From Candidatus Hermodarchaeota archaeon (GTDB lineage: Archaea > Asgardarchaeota > Lokiarchaeia > Sigyniarchaeales > SOKP01): a stretch of DNA of 39,929 nt. Numbering within the stretch: position 1 is the first letter of the stretch; the number at the start of each line of letters is the position of its first letter. Positions 26,579-35,126 of this stretch are shown in pieces. Below the pieces are notes generated by a model. The model was not told where the DNA came from. It ran no database searches and worked only from the letters and a program-made list of their open reading frames with translations. Location: the NCBI GenBank assembly GCA_048885535.1, contig JBHLLO010000003.1, positions 1 through 39,929 of the forward strand, written 5' to 3'. The position numbers and the translations under genes were made by a program.

Positions 26579-28987
26579 TTAGCCAATAAAGCAATTTAAA
26601 TCTTTTTGGGTGGATTTCTTGTTATAATCTCTTTTTAATAGCTCATTGAGTTCAGGAAATTCGAAAGGGAATATATTTTCGAAGGCTCTCTTTAATAGTT
26701 CAACATATTTTTTTTTATCATAATGATGTATCTTATTATCATAGAGATCAGAGATAATCACCTTTCGTTCGGGGAAATCAGGGTCGGCTTCGGCATTAAG
26801 AATAATATATCTGACATTTTTTCCTGGTGTTACCATAATGCCAGACTCTTCCAATTGTCTAGCAGCAATGGCTTGATATGAATTTACTTTATAAGCTGAT
26901 GGTTTGCGAGAAATTCTTTGCCTAATTGTGAGGTCTTGCTTTGAAATCTTTCCCGAATAAATTCTATCAGTGAATTTGTGAAGTTTCTTTTTTGCTAGTG
27001 GAATTCTTTCAATAAACTCATTAACTGTTTTTGTACCCTGAAAAACATCAATAAAGGCAAATTGGGCTTCCTTCACGATAGTAGGCATATCTCTACGTCG
27101 TACTTCAATGCCCCGAACTTTAATTTCGCCAGAACTTTTTATACCCCAGTAGTGACTAAGAGCTGGAACTTCTGGTTCTGCTTTAGAAGGAAGAAATACA
27201 ATTATATTATATCGACCCTCCCAACTCATTGGAACATTAGTGTGTTCTGAGATTCTATTGGCAATTTCTTTTGATATATTCTCAAATTCTTCTGTTGTCC
27301 TTCCCCTTGTATCTTGAAGCCAGATGGAATCAACAATACCATGAATGATTTTACAACCGTATTCTTCGGCAATCTCAACTGCACGCAAAAGAAATTCACG
27401 TGCAAATGCACATACTGTCTGATGAGCTTCTATCCTCCCAAAACGTGCGTTTTTAAAGCCTAGATATCCAAAACTTACTACAAGAACCCATTTCAAGGCG
27501 ATATCAGTAAACTTATAGCGAAGATTTCCAGTCTTCCGAACAAATTCCTTATATTTTAGTCTTTTTGAAAGAGGAAGCTTTATAGATTTTGCGATAATTC
27601 CTTCTCTTTTTGAGCAGATATGAAAATCCAGCCCCGGTACTTTTATACCTGTCCCATCATCCTTGCAACATTTACAATTGAGAGTTTCGGAGGAAATGTT
27701 ATAATTTGCCATTACGGAGGGATACATTGAAGAGAAATCCAGCTCAACAACATTGTCGAAGACACCAATCAGGGGTTCGAAGATGTGTCCTCCCCGATCA
27801 CTCTTTATCAAATCCATTGCTGAATTGAATCCTTCAGGGCTCTTTTTGAATGGAGCAATCAGGTGATCAAGTTTATAAGCATTATAATACTGGATCGACT
27901 GAAGTGCTCCTCCGATTGTTATTCGAGATAGCCGCTGTAAGGAAACTCGAGAAATCCGAGCAACTTCAATAACTCCGGGAATATTACCTTCGGTGAAATG
28001 AAGGCTTGCGTACGAGGCAGTATCTAAATGAAATCTCCCTGTGAAATATACTTGCGTTTTGGAGCGATGGAATATAATGCCGTATGACATATAGTGACTT
28101 GACCCTCCTGTGAGATTGAAAAGGCTCTTTTCTAAGGGGGTTTTGTCTCGGGAGAAATATAGTTTCCTCGATACTCCGTTTAGTGATGCTCGAGCAGCTA
28201 GATATGGAAACATAAATTCATCCCCATTTTGTGTGAGAATTATATCGGGATCAAGCATTTCAATAATTCTGCTTAACTGCTCCAACTTTTCTGATTCGTC
28301 ACCTCGATTTAATAAGATGGTTTTCTTTTTATATCCATCTGCTCGAGGAACATTATTCTCATCATTTTCTACAATACTAATCTCAATATAGTCAAGTGGA
28401 TCATTGTAATAAGGTCTTATTCCTTGATATTGGACCTTAACTTCAAGCCATACAGCTTTTAGGGGAGGCAAGTCATAGAATAGTTTTTCATTGTCATCTT
28501 TCAATTCTAAAGAAACCAATTGTATTATAGGACTCTGTTTTTTTCTTAATTTATCTGCTTTTGTCCTAAAATGACAGAAAGACATTGGAAATAAATCATT
28601 AACGTAGTAATACATTTGGGCAATAGGTAAATCAGTGTTGTATAAGGTAAAAAGATCAATTTCATCAATTTCATGAATTGCTTTCTTAAATAGCGAGGGT
28701 TTTTTTACTGAAACCCCTAAAACTTGAGTTTTCTTTTGGTCCTCTAATTTCACATATTTGCTACAAATTCTCACTTTTTTAACGTTATCATTTTGCTGAA
28801 TAATGTGTTTTAATCTTTCAAAATCATTTCCCACACTTGCTTTTGGCACTGCAAAGAACTCGGGATTAAAATCATGATACAACTTTATAACCTTTTGCTC
28901 TCTAAAGGGTTTTACCCAAAGAATTACTCCATCACTAAATGTTGAAACATCCAAAAGCCAACCATCAAAACTCTTTTTCGAAATCAA
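26579..28987 (-). CDS. polB2: Family B DNA polymerase, PolB2 (Dpo2) group
   Basis: Motif A LDFSSMYPS, motif B LKWVLVVSFGYLG, variant motif C HGIVDS, KVRGIEVRRRD, NCKCC..C Zn-like motif, degenerate exonuclease domain, C-terminal QKDLNCFI. Confidence 0.92.
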   Translation of the reverse strand: MISKKSFDGWLLDVSTFSDGVILWVKPFREQKVIKLYHDFNPEFFAVPKASVGNDFERLKHIIQQNDNVKKVRICSKYVKLEDQKKTQVLGVSVKKPSLFKKAIHEIDEIDLFTLYNTDLPIAQMYYYVNDLFPMSFCHFRTKADKLRKKQSPIIQLVSLELKDDNEKLFYDLPPLKAVWLEVKVQYQGIRPYYNDPLDYIEISIVENDENNVPRADGYKKKTILLNRGDESEKLEQLSRIIEMLDPDIILTQNGDEFMFPYLAARASLNGVSRKLYFSRDKTPLEKSLFNLTGGSSHYMSYGIIFHRSKTQVYFTGRFHLDTASYASLHFTEGNIPGVIEVARISRVSLQRLSRITIGGALQSIQYYNAYKLDHLIAPFKKSPEGFNSAMDLIKSDRGGHIFEPLIGVFDNVVELDFSSMYPSVMANYNISSETLNCKCCKDDGTGIKVPGLDFHICSKREGIIAKSIKLPLSKRLKYKEFVRKTGNLRYKFTDIALKWVLVVSFGYLGFKNARFGRIEAHQTVCAFAREFLLRAVEIAEEYGCKIIHGIVDSIWLQDTRGRTTEEFENISKEIANRISEHTNVPMSWEGRYNIIVFLPSKAEPEVPALSHYWGIKSSGEIKVRGIEVRRRDMPTIVKEAQFAFIDVFQGTKTVNEFIERIPLAKKKLHKFTDRIYSGKISKQDLTIRQRISRKPSAYKVNSYQAIAARQLEESGIMVTPGKNVRYIILNAEADPDFPERKVIISDLYDNKIHHYDKKKYVELLKRAFENIFPFEFPELNELLKRDYNKKSTQKDLNCFIG

Positions 28988-28989
28988 CT

Positions 28990-29274
28990 TTAGATCATAC
29001 TTGTTATTTTTTCTTCTAGTTCTTTTATGCTATTCTCCAATAACTCAATCTTTTTTTCTTGTTCTATGGCAAAAGACATGAAGAGAATCTCTGAAAGCAT
29101 TGGGCGACCTCCTAAACTACCAGCATCAGCATGAATTCGAGCATGATTCATTAATCTGTCAAAAATCTTTCGTTCTTCTGGTCTAAGCGCTCTTTTGAAA
29201 TCTTTCCAACTCTCTATTTCTTGTTCTAGCGCAGGCCGGAACGAAGGCACAGTTCTACCCATTTTTTTAACCAA
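28990..29274 (-). CDS. PolB2-associated small alpha-helical protein (arCOG07300-like)
   Basis: MGRTVPSFR.ALEQEI..W..F.RALR...F..L...AR.HA signature; 2 nt from the polB2 start. Likely start is ATG 29262. Confidence 0.85.
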   Translation of the reverse strand: MVKKMGRTVPSFRPALEQEIESWKDFKRALRPEERKIFDRLMNHARIHADAGSLGGRPMLSEILFMSFAIEQEKKIELLENSIKELEEKITSMI

Positions 29275-29451
29275 GGCTTTGTTTTAAATCCTTAGAAGGG
29301 AAGGAATTCGCATAATTAAAAAGAAGATACTTTAATTATTTACTGATTTTTTACTCCTTTGTTAAAATGAGTTAAAATGGAAAAAAAATTTTTAGGAGAA
29401 GAATAATTGAGAAAATATATTTAAAGTAAATTAAAGAGAAAAAATTGTTAT

Positions 29452-29859
29452 ATGTCATTAGAACAACATGCTCCTTGTGGAATTTTCTGCCCTAGATGCC
29501 CTGGAGTAAAGTTTTATAATTGTAAAGGATGCAGAAAGCAGAAAGGTCAGATAAAGAGTTTTCCTGTTTGCAAGACTTATGAATGTGTTACAAGTAAAAA
29601 CTTTAACTTTTGTTATGAATGTGAAGAGTTTCCATGCGAAAAGCTGCAACCTATAGTTAATTTTGAGATATTTATACCGCATAATTCTAAAGTATATAAT
29701 CTTCTAATGATAAAAAAATTGGGAATAGATAAATGGAATGAAATCTGTGAAAATAAATCGAATTTATATTACAAAGGACGAAAAGTTCGCTATGGAGGCG
29801 ACCCATTAACTCTTAAGGAAAAAGATCCAAAAATGTACGAAAAGAAAAAAGAAGAATAA
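29452..29859 (+). CDS. DUF3795-like Cys-rich protein
   Basis: APCGIFCPRC...CKGCR...C..YEC...FCYECEEFPCEKL. Confidence 0.82.
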   Translation: MSLEQHAPCGIFCPRCPGVKFYNCKGCRKQKGQIKSFPVCKTYECVTSKNFNFCYECEEFPCEKLQPIVNFEIFIPHNSKVYNLLMIKKLGIDKWNEICENKSNLYYKGRKVRYGGDPLTLKEKDPKMYEKKKEE

Positions 29860-29886
29860 ATTTGGGGGAATTAAGAAGTTTCTATA

Positions 29887-30672
29887 TCAAGATAACCAAC
29901 AATCTAATGATTTAGTTCTTGTGGCGTTCATAAGACTTCTCTTAGGCCTTCGAGGCTTCCATTTCAAAAGGCGTCTTTCTGGTAGAAATGGATGCTGAAC
30001 AAGAACATATTCTACATATCGTTCCTCATCATTTATAAGAACCAATACATTTCCAAAGTGGGAAATAATTTTTCCTCCCTTGGGACGAAATGAGCTGTAC
30101 TCGTTCAAAGGAGCAGTTATAACGATTAATGGTTTTGTTTTTTGTAGAATCTTTTTAATACCATGTATAGCTTTTAATAAATCTTCGAAAGTCTGTTTTT
30201 CATAATTTTGAAGCAATGAGGTTATACCCGAAATTAGAACAACCTTAACTTCTTCGATATTTGATAGTTTATGCTCTAAAAGCTCAATCATTTGCTCCCA
30301 AGTAAAAGCACGTGCAATTAAAATATTTTCTAAAACTATACGAGGCGATAAGTTCTGGGATACCGCAAACTTACTCACATTATAGGGATTGAACCGATTA
30401 TTCCCATCAATAAAGGCTATCTTTACATTGTTTCCTCTTAAACCCCCATGTGCGTATGATTTCTGTGATATCACTGATGTCGTTAGTAAAATATTGGTAG
30501 TCGCCACTTTATCTCCATAAAGAAGATAAACCAGATCTTTATGAAACCCCCCTCCTCCCAATAATTCATCTAGCGTTGAATCTCCACTTGACACAAGCGG
30601 AATTTCCCGATTCTTCCTGTAAAATTTGAACCCCGAATTGAATGACATCAAATAATGGATTTTTTTCTTCAA
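29887..30672 (-). CDS. Inactivated RecA/RadA-like ATPase of the PolB2 cassette
   Basis: VSSGDSTLDELLGGGGF, degenerate Walker A (LYGDKVATT), AFIDGNNRFNP, NILIARAFT..Q, GGKIISH; Walker B Asp is absent (VLISGI). Confidence 0.85.
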   Translation of the reverse strand: MKKKIHYLMSFNSGFKFYRKNREIPLVSSGDSTLDELLGGGGFHKDLVYLLYGDKVATTNILLTTSVISQKSYAHGGLRGNNVKIAFIDGNNRFNPYNVSKFAVSQNLSPRIVLENILIARAFTWEQMIELLEHKLSNIEEVKVVLISGITSLLQNYEKQTFEDLLKAIHGIKKILQKTKPLIVITAPLNEYSSFRPKGGKIISHFGNVLVLINDEERYVEYVLVQHPFLPERRLLKWKPRRPKRSLMNATRTKSLDCWLS

Positions 30673-31002
30673 AAAAAAAGTGGGTTACTCCGACAATTTT
30701 CTAAAATGCATCCTCTTAAAATTAATTGTTTATCAAAATGAGCTTTGATTAAGAATGGTTTTACTCTTAAGGGTATTTCTATTCCATAGAGACAGGGAGG
30801 GGTGATTAAAAGTAAAAATAAATCATATTAAGAATCCCATTCTTAAATTTTTACATTTTTTTAAAAGTTAGAATTTATGGATTTTTAATAAATATTTTTA
30901 ATAAAAAATAGCTTAATTATTATCACAATTCAATTTGAATACTATTGAATTCAATAATATTGAAAAATAACGAATTAAGTAAAAATAAAAAGTGAAAGTA
31001 AA

Positions 31003-32715
31003 ATGGAAAATCCATATGAAAGTCGTTTCTGGCGTAAGAGTTGGGATGACGGTCTGAAAGATTTAGATCCAAGTCTTTGGGAAACATCTTATAGTGATGC
31101 AGTGAGAGATACATTTGAAAAATTTCCGGATAAAATGGCATTAGCATATCAAGGTTTAGAAATCCCGTATAAGGATGTTGACATATATTCTAATCAATTT
31201 GCAAATATGCTAATCGAAAATGGATTTAAAAAAGGAGATGTTGTGGGAATTAATTTACCAAATATTCCCGAATATGTTTATGCGCTTCTTGGTACTCTAA
31301 AAGCAGGATGTGTTGTCTCTGGGGTTAGTCCGTTAATGTCTGATGTTCAAATGCATTATCAATTAAATGATTTAGGTAGTGGTGGTAAAAATGTTGCTCT
31401 AGTTACACTTGATGCTATTTTTCAACATAGATTGAAAAATGTTGCTGATAAATTACCACAACTTAAATTAGTTGTAGCGACTAGTGTAATTGGATCTTTT
31501 GATAAAGAGTCAAGAGAGAAGATAAGAGCAGTAAGAGAGATTCCATTTGGTGAAGTTACTCCTTTAGAAGGTAAAACTGTCTTTGATTTCCAAGATGATG
31601 TTCTAGTTAATAATTCAAAAAACTTACCTAATGTCAATGTAACTCCCGATGATATCGCCTTTATTCAATACACAGGAGGGACAACTGGACCACCTAAGGG
31701 AGCAATGCTAACTCACAGAAATTCTGTATCTGATTTACTCATTGTCCAAACATGGATAGATATGGAAAGAGGAACAGGTGTAGCCTTATCTGGATTCCCC
31801 TTTTTCCATATTGCAGGAACGTTTTTCTTACAGAATTGTGTTTACTTAGGTTGGAGTCAAATTTTAATCCCAAATCCTCGAGATGCGCTACATATATGTA
31901 ATGAAATCAAAAAATATAAGCCAAATTATTTAGTAAATGTACCATCTTTATATCAGATTTTAATTAACTTTCGTAAATTTGGGAGACTAGATCATTCGAG
32001 TTTAGAAGTGTGTATTTCAGCAGCATCTCCTTTCCCCATTGAATCTCAAAAAGCATTAGAATCAATTGTAGGTGAAGGAAAACTATTAGAAGTTTATGGA
32101 ATGACTGAATGTTCACCATTGACAACTATGAATCCCAGGAAAGGTGAACGTATGTTGGGATCAATAGGGCTACCCTTGCTTAATACAGAACTTAAATTAA
32201 TTGATCCTGATACAGGTGAAGAAGTTCCTTTGGGTGAGCCTGGTGAGATTTGTGTTAGAGGACCGATGGTAATGAAAGGTTATTATAATAAGCCTGAAGA
32301 AACTGAAAAAGCTATTGATAAGGATGGATATATGCATACTGGAGATGTAGCATTAATGGATGAGAGAGGATATCTAAAAATTGTCGATAGGACAAAAGAC
32401 ATGATTATTGTAGGGGGTTTCAAAGTTTTTTCAAGTAAAGTTGAAGATATTCTTTCTAAACATCCCGCAATAGGGATGATTGCACTTGTAGGTGTACCAA
32501 ATCCAGATAGACCAGGTTCAGAGTTTGTGAAGGCTTTTATTCAATTAAACCCTGATTTTGATTATGATGGTAATGAAGAAGCCTTACGGGAAGATATTTT
32601 AAAATTTTCTAAGGAAAACTTGGCTCCTTATGAAGTGCCAAAGTCTATTGAAATTATGGAGGAACTTCCACTCACAGTCGTGGGAAAAGTCGACAAAAAG
32701 ACGTTAAGAAAGTAA
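31003..32715 (+). CDS. Long-chain fatty acid--CoA ligase (AMP-forming acyl-CoA synthetase)
   Basis: QYTGGTTGPPKGA, PFFHIAG, EVYGMTE, GEICVRGPMVMKGYY, HTGD, DRTKDMI, PLTVVGK. Confidence 0.93.
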   Translation: MENPYESRFWRKSWDDGLKDLDPSLWETSYSDAVRDTFEKFPDKMALAYQGLEIPYKDVDIYSNQFANMLIENGFKKGDVVGINLPNIPEYVYALLGTLKAGCVVSGVSPLMSDVQMHYQLNDLGSGGKNVALVTLDAIFQHRLKNVADKLPQLKLVVATSVIGSFDKESREKIRAVREIPFGEVTPLEGKTVFDFQDDVLVNNSKNLPNVNVTPDDIAFIQYTGGTTGPPKGAMLTHRNSVSDLLIVQTWIDMERGTGVALSGFPFFHIAGTFFLQNCVYLGWSQILIPNPRDALHICNEIKKYKPNYLVNVPSLYQILINFRKFGRLDHSSLEVCISAASPFPIESQKALESIVGEGKLLEVYGMTECSPLTTMNPRKGERMLGSIGLPLLNTELKLIDPDTGEEVPLGEPGEICVRGPMVMKGYYNKPEETEKAIDKDGYMHTGDVALMDERGYLKIVDRTKDMIIVGGFKVFSSKVEDILSKHPAIGMIALVGVPNPDRPGSEFVKAFIQLNPDFDYDGNEEALREDILKFSKENLAPYEVPKSIEIMEELPLTVVGKVDKKTLRK

Positions 32716-32749
32716 TAAAACATTTTTTTCCTTTTTTATTTATAAAAAC

Positions 32750-33529
32750 TTACTTTGATTTAATGAGCTCTATTTCTACAATTTCCACAATTCTAGGTAA
32801 AACATCACCAATTTTTTCATGAACTACTACTTCAGCATAATTATCCATATCAGTTCGCTGGATGTTAATAATAGCTAATTTTGCTCCTTTTGAGAGCACT
32901 TTTCTGGGATAAAAAGCGGCAGGATATACTAGAAGACTGCTTCCAAGGACAAGTAATAAATCACAATCTGAGATCATCTCATCTGCTAGCATTAGAGTTT
33001 CAGAATGTAAAGGTTCTCCAAAAAATATTGCATTTGGTTTTAATAAACCACCACAAACTTCACAGGAAGGAGAATAAAATCCTTTCAATACTTGATTTAT
33101 CATTGTAGTTATTGGATAGATTTCTTTACATCTCATACATATTGCCTCATTTACAGTTCCATGAAGCTCAACTACATTTTTAGTACGAGCTTTGTGGTGA
33201 AGTCCATCAATATTTTGTGTTAAGATTCCTTTTAATTTACCTAGTTTTTGAAGTCTTGTCAAAGATTTATGCCCTTTGTTCGGCTTTGCTTTGAATATAT
33301 TCATCCCCATTTCTAACATAAATTTTAGATTCTTTTGTGTATTAGATACATAGGAATGAATACTTGCAAACTCATTAGGGTCTACTTTTTCCCACAAACC
33401 AGTTCCAGGACTTCTAAAATCGGCAATTCCAGATTCAGTACTCATTCCAGCCCCTGTTAATACCACAATTTCTTTTGCATTTATGATTAGTTGAGCAAAT
33501 TTCCGTGTTTTTTTTTCTAAATCATTCAT
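32750..33529 (-). CDS. cobB: NAD-dependent protein deacylase (Sir2/CobB family)
   Basis: TGAGMSTESGIADFR, TQNIDGLH, ELHG, CMRC...CEVC, FGE, GSSLLVYPAA, IIN. Confidence 0.93.
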   Translation of the reverse strand: MNDLEKKTRKFAQLIINAKEIVVLTGAGMSTESGIADFRSPGTGLWEKVDPNEFASIHSYVSNTQKNLKFMLEMGMNIFKAKPNKGHKSLTRLQKLGKLKGILTQNIDGLHHKARTKNVVELHGTVNEAICMRCKEIYPITTMINQVLKGFYSPSCEVCGGLLKPNAIFFGEPLHSETLMLADEMISDCDLLLVLGSSLLVYPAAFYPRKVLSKGAKLAIINIQRTDMDNYAEVVVHEKIGDVLPRIVEIVEIELIKSK

Positions 33530-33719
33530 CGATATTTTTCCCCTAATTCATCTGAAAATTGCTACAAAAAATAGAAAAAATATTTAATATTATTATTTTT
33601 ATTTATTGATTATAATATATATTATTATGATTCATTAAAATAGAACATTATAATTTTTTTTGATTAGATCTATTAATATAAGAGGTATTTATTAATACAC
33701 ATAAAGGAGATAATCTGAA

Positions 33720-34274
33720 GTGTTGAATGGGCAAATTTCTAAGTCTTATATATACAAGATTTGTGTAGTTGGAAACGGAGGTGTAGGGAAAACCTCAATG
33801 GTATTACGTTATTGTGAAAATACCTTTAAAGAAAATTATATTATGACTATTGGGTCTAATTTTTCTACTAAAACTGTTGATTTACCAAATTATCCGCAAT
33901 TACAAGTGAAATTACAAATATGGGATCTTGCAGGACAGAAACATTTCAGCTTTGTACGCCCACCATTTTATCGAGGAGCAACAGGAATCATCTATGTGTT
34001 TGATTTGACTAGAAGATCATCATTTTCCGATCTAATTGAATGGAAAAGTGAAGTAGAAAAAGTTGTAACTCAAAAACCAAGTTTATTAGTTGGTAATAAG
34101 ATTGACTTAGCTAAAGAGGGCAAAAGAGAGGTTTCGTTTCAAGAAGGAGACGCCCTAAAATCTGAACTAAATGCAAATAAATATTTTGAAACAAGTGCTA
34201 AAGAAGGAGATTCTGTGGAAGAAGTCTTTAAGCTTCTAACCCTAGAAATTTTAAAAACCTCTGGTAAGATTTAA
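33720..34274 (+). CDS. Rab-like small GTPase
   Basis: GNGGVGKT, YIMTIGSNF, KLQIWDLAGQ, FYRGA, GNKID, FETSAK; SD-like AAAGGAG upstream. Confidence 0.95.
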   Translation: MLNGQISKSYIYKICVVGNGGVGKTSMVLRYCENTFKENYIMTIGSNFSTKTVDLPNYPQLQVKLQIWDLAGQKHFSFVRPPFYRGATGIIYVFDLTRRSSFSDLIEWKSEVEKVVTQKPSLLVGNKIDLAKEGKREVSFQEGDALKSELNANKYFETSAKEGDSVEEVFKLLTLEILKTSGKI

Positions 34275-34356
34275 TATTTAATGTATTATAATAATTAAAT
34301 TAAAATTAAGTATAATATTTTTACAAATAATCTTTAGATATTTTTAGGTTATAAAT

Positions 34357-35073
34357 ATGTTTGGTGGAGGCCAAGTTAAGTATGATCGTGCGCTTACTGT
34401 GTTTAGCCCAGAAGGGCGCCTATTTCAGGTAGAATATGCATTAGAAGCTGTTAGGCGAGGAACTCTTGCAGTAGCTGTGAAATCTGGCGATGCAGTATGT
34501 CTTGCAGCCCAAATTAAGATTGCTTCTAATTTAATGGATGCAGATTCTATAGATAAATTATTTCAAGTTGATGAGCATATAGGAGTAGCCATTTCGGGTT
34601 TACATGCTGATTCCCGAATTTTAATCAATTATGCTCGTGTACAATCACAATCATTTCGCTTGACTTATGATGAACCCGTCCGTCTTAGTATGTTAGTAAA
34701 AACTCTTGCAGATATTATACAGCAATACACCCAGTTCGGAGGAATACGTCCTTTTGGCTGTGCCCTCTTCTTTATAGCAGTTGATCCAGCAGGAACTCAG
34801 ATTTACACGACTTCACCGAGTGGAATCTATCGTTCATTTAGAGCATATGCTTTAGGAAGCGGAGAAGCTGCTGCTAGAGAATATTTGGTTGCAAATTATA
34901 AAGAAAACATGCCTTTCGAAGAACTAATTAAGTTAGCATTAAGAGCATTGAAAGAATCTATTGATGAAGAAGCAACAAAGGAGAACATTCGGTTAGCTTA
35001 CATTAAATCTGATGACAAAAAATTTCACATGTGTTCGAAAGAAGAAATTGAGAAATACTTATTGGAATTATAA
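34357..35073 (+). CDS. psmA: 20S proteasome alpha subunit
   Basis: YDRALTVFSPEGRLFQVEYALEAVRRG, SGLHAD.R.L, YTQFGGIRPFG, PSG, ALGSG. Confidence 0.96.
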   Translation: MFGGGQVKYDRALTVFSPEGRLFQVEYALEAVRRGTLAVAVKSGDAVCLAAQIKIASNLMDADSIDKLFQVDEHIGVAISGLHADSRILINYARVQSQSFRLTYDEPVRLSMLVKTLADIIQQYTQFGGIRPFGCALFFIAVDPAGTQIYTTSPSGIYRSFRAYALGSGEAAAREYLVANYKENMPFEELIKLALRALKESIDEEATKENIRLAYIKSDDKKFHMCSKEEIEKYLLEL

Positions 35074-35126
35074 AAAGGAAGTTTAAAGTTTAATTAATAT
35101 ATTTATTATCTCTATTTCTTATGTTT

